Source: Candidatus Bathyarchaeota archaeon (lineage in GTDB: Archaea; Thermoproteota; Bathyarchaeia; Bathyarchaeales; Bathycorpusculaceae). From it: a DNA stretch of 64,000 bases. This document shows positions 58,618 through 64,000 of this stretch, piece by piece. The DNA lies in contig CAWGZR010000010.1 in NCBI GenBank assembly GCA_963827165.1, positions 320,001 to 384,000 on the forward strand, in the 5' to 3' direction. Each line of letters begins with the position of its first letter. The stretch's first letter is position 1. The position numbers and the translations under genes are program-made. The notes under the pieces were generated by a model, which was not told where the DNA came from, did no database searches, and was given only the letters and a program-made list of their open reading frames with translations.

Positions 58618-61533
58618 TTAAGGTTGGATATATAAAACTTTATCTGAAACCCTTGGAACCGCCTGCTTTCTTGCCGACACCATGATCATAGTGCAGAGTG
58701 ATACAACAAACAACAACATTAGAATCACTGATAAGTCTGGAAATTCAGGGGCTGGTTTTGGAGAATCTGTTGAGGCGGGAGAAACGTTTGAGGTAGCCGT
58801 CGAGGTTCGAATGGGTGAAGGCGAGGATGGACGGACGGGGCTCGCACCAGTTATTGGGGTCGGTTGAGATGTTGCAATAGATGCCTGCACCAAAGATGCC
58901 GTAATTACGCCGGGTCCATTCACATTTGCCACAGTGGAAATAGCATTTGAGTTATCGAAAGTTATGGAGGCAGTGTTAGATGTCCACGAAGAAAAGGTGT
59001 AACCCGAATCAGGCAATGCATGAATTGAAAGTGAACCCGAATCTACCCATAAATCAACACCAATTGGGGTGGTTAATCCGCCATATGAAGGGGTTATGAT
59101 GAATGTTACTTGATACTGTGTTGTCCAAGTGGCTATAGCAGTTTCAGGCGAGTTGATAGCTATGTTGCTGGAGGTTGAGCCTGAGCCCGAAGCATCCCCT
59201 ATCCAGCCGGAGAAAACAAATTGAGAACCCGCCGCGCCAGACACAACATTTGCCGATACGGCTGCTTGAGTTGAGCTCCCACTGTCATACCACCCTGATC
59301 CGGCAGTCGCTCCAATTCCGTTGTCATTAACTGAAAGATAATACTGAGTTGTCCAATTTGCTGATTCCACAATTGGGTTATTTATGGTCACAGAATTGGA
59401 TACAACAGAACCGTTGCAGGATCCATCACCTAACCCGCTCCAAGAATTAAACAAATATTGAACCCCGACGCCGCCAGAAAAGGGAGTAGTAACACCAAAA
59501 TTAGCTGAAGAACCAGCATTATACCAGCCACCCCCAATTGGAGAGCCAAAAGCTGAAGATACATTAAGATAATATTGGAGGTCCCAAACGGCTGCCGAGG
59601 CAACTGCGGAATTCATAGTTATCGCATTACTTTGTTGGTAGCTGTTTCCGCCCGTCGTCCAACCAGCGAACTCCCACTGAGCGCCCGTTCCATAAGAAAC
59701 AGTTCCTGAACCTAAGCCGGCATAAGCGGTTGACCCAGCGTTGTACCATCCTGAACCCGAAGTTACCACGTTGGCTGGCGAAGGCGAAATTACCGTCAAA
59801 TAATATTGATGCTCATAAGTCGGGTTAATTGAGGTCGCTTGTGTGATCGTTCCAGAATTTCCTGTAGAACAGACCCATTGTTCCGTTCCGGACGGCGCGG
59901 TGGCAATGGTAGAGGTGGTCCACGATGTATTTTGGTCCAACCATGTTGCTTGACTTGTATTAGTGAGGGGCAATTGGCATGGTGATCCCAGTTGCGTTCC
60001 CAAGAGGTAAGGTGCTGATGTGGAACCTGAATTGTCTGAGGTAGTGTAGTTGGCGGTCACTTGGTATTGATGATAATAGGTTATCGTGGCGAAAATTTGG
60101 TCGGCTTGTGATATTGTCCACGATGAGGTTGGAGTTGCCCATTGGTCTTGAACTGCGCCCAACATATCATTGGTAACGGAAACAGTTGCTCCTTTTAAAG
60201 CCCAAATTATCTGCTGCCCCGAATCGGGTATTGACATCGAACTCGAAGTTGGATTAGGTTGAGAAGAAGCAGTTGAGGGGGCGGTATTGTAAAATATCTG
60301 GGGGCTGATGCTTCCGCTACCGTCCACCGAGTACGACACAATCTGACTGAGCAAATCGTAGTAATACCATGTCGAGGTTGACCCAGCCAGCACATCTAAA
60401 GAGCCGCCTTGGGATTTTAATGCCAACTCTTCAGTTGAGGACGAGTCGGCTGAGACCACGGATATAACAACATTACTTCCGACGTCAGCATTTACTATCA
60501 GCGTCCCACTTTGAGCAGACGTAACCACTTGCTGACCGTAAAGAAGGTAGGTCACTTCAAAAGAATCGCCTGCAGGAAGCGGATTTGATGCGTCCGCAGG
60601 AAGCAATGTTATTGAAGTTGCTTCTGGAGCTAATCCCGTTGTGAATTGGTAGGCATCACTAGATTCGGTTGCCCCATTGTTAGAAAAATCCTGAAGCGAA
60701 TTGGGGTTTGAAGAGTACGTCAGCAACGATGTTAGGTAGGTCCATTGTCCAGTCCACGTTTGACCGGGTTCCCACTCATCCATACCCATCCAACCAGATG
60801 AAATCCCAGAGCTAAAATCAGTATAGTTGACCGCGGATTCACCGCCGCTATATGGGTTAACGTGATACCACTCAGTCATAAGTCCAGTGAAGAATCCACC
60901 CATAGTTCCGGCTATAAAGGTGGTTGGGTGGACGCTTCCGTAAGAGACAGAGCAAGTTGCAGTAGTATTCCAATCGTAAGCTGTCATGTGAACAACACCG
61001 CCATTGATGTGGAGGCTGAGCTGGACTAAATCTCCTGAATTAACGGGGCCTGAGAAAGATTGCAAGCCCCCACCGCCATCAGTCGGATAAACTGATTCTT
61101 CTGCTGAATTCCAAACTTCGTAGATAAAATAGAACCCTGAATTGTATCCTCCGCCTTCGTATGGCCAATTATATGCTAGACCCACTTGATACCAATAGTT
61201 ACCATTTGATAATCCGTTGAGGAGATACGCTGGTCCGTAACCATATGCGTCGGTTTGTGCAATCGCGGTAACATTATATGAAAAGCTCGCAGAACCTTGA
61301 TCAAACGTCGACCAGAGCTGCTCATCATAGGGCGCAGACGGAAGAGAAGCCAATGGATTATTCAGCGAAGAATTAACCGAAAAAGAAGGCAACAAAGTAT
61401 TTTGCGCATGCCACTGATCGGTTGATGCCCTCGCAGTTTGCACATGCACAGCACAGAAGCAAACAATGACGAAAAGACAACAAAGCAAGAGCGCTTCCAC
61501 CGATCGAGAAAGAGGCGTATTCTTGCTTTTCAC
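58618..61533 (-). CDS. large secreted surface protein: thermopsin-like N-domain, repeated beta domains, S/T/P linker, PEF-CTERM-like anchor
   Basis: Signal peptide; repeated QYYL.V....GSGWY..G units; APEFP + TM helix + basic tail. Confidence 0.7.
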   Translation of the reverse strand: MKSKNTPLSRSVEALLLCCLFVIVCFCAVHVQTARASTDQWHAQNTLLPSFSVNSSLNNPLASLPSAPYDEQLWSTFDQGSASFSYNVTAIAQTDAYGYGPAYLLNGLSNGNYWYQVGLAYNWPYEGGGYNSGFYFIYEVWNSAEESVYPTDGGGGLQSFSGPVNSGDLVQLSLHINGGVVHMTAYDWNTTATCSVSYGSVHPTTFIAGTMGGFFTGLMTEWYHVNPYSGGESAVNYTDFSSGISSGWMGMDEWEPGQTWTGQWTYLTSLLTYSSNPNSLQDFSNNGATESSDAYQFTTGLAPEATSITLLPADASNPLPAGDSFEVTYLLYGQQVVTSAQSGTLIVNADVGSNVVISVVSADSSSTEELALKSQGGSLDVLAGSTSTWYYYDLLSQIVSYSVDGSGSISPQIFYNTAPSTASSQPNPTSSSMSIPDSGQQIIWALKGATVSVTNDMLGAVQDQWATPTSSWTISQADQIFATITYYHQYQVTANYTTSDNSGSTSAPYLLGTQLGSPCQLPLTNTSQATWLDQNTSWTTSTIATAPSGTEQWVCSTGNSGTITQATSINPTYEHQYYLTVISPSPANVVTSGSGWYNAGSTAYAGLGSGTVSYGTGAQWEFAGWTTGGNSYQQSNAITMNSAVASAAVWDLQYYLNVSSAFGSPIGGGWYNAGSSANFGVTTPFSGGVGVQYLFNSWSGLGDGSCNGSVVSNSVTINNPIVESANWTTQYYLSVNDNGIGATAGSGWYDSGSSTQAAVSANVVSGAAGSQFVFSGWIGDASGSGSTSSNIAINSPETAIATWTTQYQVTFIITPSYGGLTTPIGVDLWVDSGSLSIHALPDSGYTFSSWTSNTASITFDNSNAISTVANVNGPGVITASLVQASIATSQPTPITGASPVRPSSPSPIRTSTATSNVSPASTDSPKPAPEFPDLSVILMLLFVVSLCTMIMVSARKQAVPRVSDKVLYIQP

Positions 61534-61710
61534 CGCGACAAACTCCTCAACAATATCGTCAGTTCTTTGATACCCACACGCTATATGATTTGTTACTTAG
61601 CAATTCGAACAATCAGTCTTGATTTGGAATAAACGCAAACATTGAAAGACCAATTCTTTGAAGAGCCTGGGCGCAATGTATTTTCCTGATTGAGTACTAT
61701 AATGGTTAAT

Positions 61711-62604
61711 CTAGAGTATGAAGATTATGCAGATTCCTGCAACAATCGCTGTTGCCCCCAGCATTGCTTTGGTTGTCATTTTTTCGTGGAAAAGCATGAA
61801 GCCTGCGACTGCTGCGAAAAGAGGCGAGGTTGAAGAGATAGGCACTGCCCGCGTAAGCGATGTGTATTGGAAGCTATAGTTAAGAAGCAGCCATCCGACA
61901 CCGTTCGCCACTAAACCCCCAACGCATAACGCAGCTATGGTGCTCCTCTTCATCTTGATGAAACCGTGCTCTTTGTCAATGAAAGGTGCCAGAAGCATGA
62001 AGAATAAGGCGATTGAAGCGATCCTAAGCGTTATGATCGCGTAGTTTGCGCCCAATGTGGTTACGCCGGAGACGGCTACGTTCATCATGCTAATGCTAAC
62101 TGACCAGATGACCGCCGTCACCAAACTAACGGTGAGACCAATGAAAACCAACCTGCCCTTAACACCCGCCTCTTCACGGCTTTTTTCTCTGCTCAGCAGC
62201 AAGATACCGAACAGGATTATGAGGGCACCTGCGACTTCAACGATTGATAAGGGTTGACCAAGCAGAGTTGTCGCCCAAATCAGGCTAAATAAGGGATACG
62301 TTGCCGCTAAGGGGACGGCACGTGACACCCCCACATACTTGAGACCAATCATGTACAAAGTGTCCCCGACGCCCAACCCGATGACGCCGCTAACAATCAC
62401 CAAAACCATCGTTTTCATAGGCAACGCGGCTAACGTTCCAGCTAAACCGAAAATCAGCAAGAAGGCAACGAGCACGCCAGCGTTTGTTGCGCAGCGAACT
62501 ATGTTTGCGGAAAGTGGTTTAGTGCTTAATAGGGCTTTTCTGTAGAGTATCGGCGCTATTGCCCAGCTTATGGAGGCGCCTAGTGCAGCGATTTCTCCAA
62601 TCAT
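61711..62604 (-). CDS. EamA/DMT family transporter
   Basis: 10 TM helices in two repeats; GVSRAVPL..YPLF, HEK motifs. Confidence 0.85.
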   Translation of the reverse strand: MIGEIAALGASISWAIAPILYRKALLSTKPLSANIVRCATNAGVLVAFLLIFGLAGTLAALPMKTMVLVIVSGVIGLGVGDTLYMIGLKYVGVSRAVPLAATYPLFSLIWATTLLGQPLSIVEVAGALIILFGILLLSREKSREEAGVKGRLVFIGLTVSLVTAVIWSVSISMMNVAVSGVTTLGANYAIITLRIASIALFFMLLAPFIDKEHGFIKMKRSTIAALCVGGLVANGVGWLLLNYSFQYTSLTRAVPISSTSPLFAAVAGFMLFHEKMTTKAMLGATAIVAGICIIFIL

Positions 62605-62818
62605 GGTTTAGGTGACCGCGAAAAACTACAATTGCAAGTTGGCTGTTAAGAACTTTCGTTTGACTCGGGACGATTTGAATTGTGATTAACGAGTTTTTGA
62701 TGGAAACAGGGTTCATCTAGCCGCCGTTTTAGCGCTAGCGTATGTTTTGAGTCTGAATTGCATTTATTAGGAAGTTTAGCTTATTGTTGGGTACTTCCGC
62801 AATGAACAGAAAAAAGGA

Positions 62819-63118
62819 GTGAATGTAAAAATGCAGGAAAAATCAAGTGATGTCGTCTTCGTTGGAAACAAACCACCAATGAGCTATGTGCTCGCTCTCA
62901 TAACAGCTTTTAGCAGCGGGCAAAAAGAAATAACTTTGAAAGCCAGAGGCCAAGCAATAACCACCGCCGTTGACGTAGCAGAAATTACAAGAAGCCGCTT
63001 CATCAAAGACATCCATGTCAGCAAAATCGCAATCGGAACAGCCGAAATGCCACCACGAGAAGGCGAAAACAGGTCCAGGATGGTTTCAACGATCGAAATC
63101 AGCATGGCAAAAGAATAA
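62819..63118 (+). CDS. albA: DNA/RNA-binding protein Alba
   Basis: VGNKPPMSYV, KARGQAITTAVDVAE, VSTIEI motifs. Confidence 0.95.
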   Translation: MNVKMQEKSSDVVFVGNKPPMSYVLALITAFSSGQKEITLKARGQAITTAVDVAEITRSRFIKDIHVSKIAIGTAEMPPREGENRSRMVSTIEISMAKE

Positions 63119-63266
63119 ACCACGCGACCAACAAAACACACAAATGGGAGTTTTTTAAGCTCTCAATCTTTTTACATTGTTCAAGATTTTTTGTGAGTAA
63201 TTTTTTGGGATTTTTGTTTCGGCTTTTTGTTTGGCAAGAGCGAGCGCCGCAGATTTGCAGTTTTTT

Positions 63267-63426
63267 GCAAAAAATTTTTGTTTGTGTTTTGGGTTGCTTT
63301 TTTTGTTTGGGGCTTGGTTTGGTTGCAGGTTGAGTCTTTAATAGTCTGCAATAGTCGTTAATAGTCAATAGTAGTCTGCAGTAGTCAATAATAGTCAATA
63401 AAAGTCAACTGGGTGTTACCACGGTC
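63267..63426 (-). repeat. dispersed element copy 9: 8 x 10-bp units + core
   Basis: GTC on + at exact 10-bp steps 63334-63404, and again at 63424; rc core aligns ungapped to copy 1 (about 59/69 by manual count). Confidence 0.9.
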
Positions 63427-63900
63427 GCTTAAATAGAAGCCAAAAATCGTAACCAAAAGAAGCCTCCAAAAATATGGGCTGACGAGGGCTTGAGGTTTCT
63501 ACCAGCCATTTCTTTTCGGTTCAGATTGGTTTGGTTTGGGGATCTAAAATTTCTGTGCTTTCTGTGGTTGTGGAACAGCAATCAGCGTTGCTCATAAGCT
63601 TGGAAGACAATCGACAGAAATTGATGTTTCTCCCACTGCATGCAACTTGAAAGAAAGTCGAATGAGAAGTTACATGCAACGCCCTCCATCAGGGGAATGT
63701 CATTGACCGAGGAAGACCTTAGCTTATTTGGGATTTAGTGGAGAACGTGCAGTTGTTTCCAATGTGCGATAGCTGCCTGAAGGGAAAAAAAATGGTGGGC
63801 AAACCAAAGAAGTACGAGTTCAAAGAAGGAAAGACAAAATTGCCTATTTTTAAGCGCAATATTTTTGTATGCATACGATATCTATTGTATACGGTGATCT

Positions 63901-64000
63901 GTGTTGACGCTTAAACCGCTAGCCGTGCGCGTTCCCGTTGAATTGGATAGAGAAATTTCTGAAATCATAAAAAAAGAAAAACTAGACAAAGCAACGGTTG
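63901..64000 (+). CDS. second UPF0175-like antitoxin, truncated by the window end
   Basis: LAVRVPVELDREISEIIKKEKLDKATV resembles ISTRVPEDMAEDIEEIEKEEKADRATV of 9757-10074. Confidence 0.65.
   Translation, partial: MLTLKPLAVRVPVELDREISEIIKKEKLDKATV

Noticed and set aside
63099-63398. ORF MTIIDYCRLLLTINDYCRLL... and similar ORFs at 33300-33554, 51627-51977 and 27243-27425
   Set aside because: Translations of the repeat element. A 10-bp period is not codon-compatible and the frames are not conserved between copies.

Overview
This is an archaeal chromosomal window; gene content (Alba, proteasome beta subunit, aCPSF1, SepF, PEF-CTERM-like anchor, archaeal-type 23S) suggests TACK, possibly Bathyarchaeia (inference). 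Many genes are broken by single-base indels, which looks like uncorrected long-read error. Layout: 0.1-27 kb is a surface-glycan island (dTDP-rhamnose rfbACBD, flippase, ugd/galU/uxs, methyltransferases, glycosyltransferases, membrane proteins, a PIN toxin-antitoxin pair, one IS with a 7-bp target duplication). 27.6-32.3 kb is a complete NHEJ operon (PrimPol, Ku, ligase-phosphoesterase fusion, DUF72, MBL hydrolase). Housekeeping genes follow, with a stand-alone 23S rRNA gene at ~48.0-51.0 kb, ilvD/leuA-like genes, a large surface protein and albA. The most striking unexplained signal is a dispersed intergenic element with at least 9 copies. Each has a conserved ~65-70 bp core preceded by an array of degenerate 10-bp units whose sequence differs between copies and which is usually in register with the core. 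Copies left of 34 kb point right and copies right of 51 kb point left.
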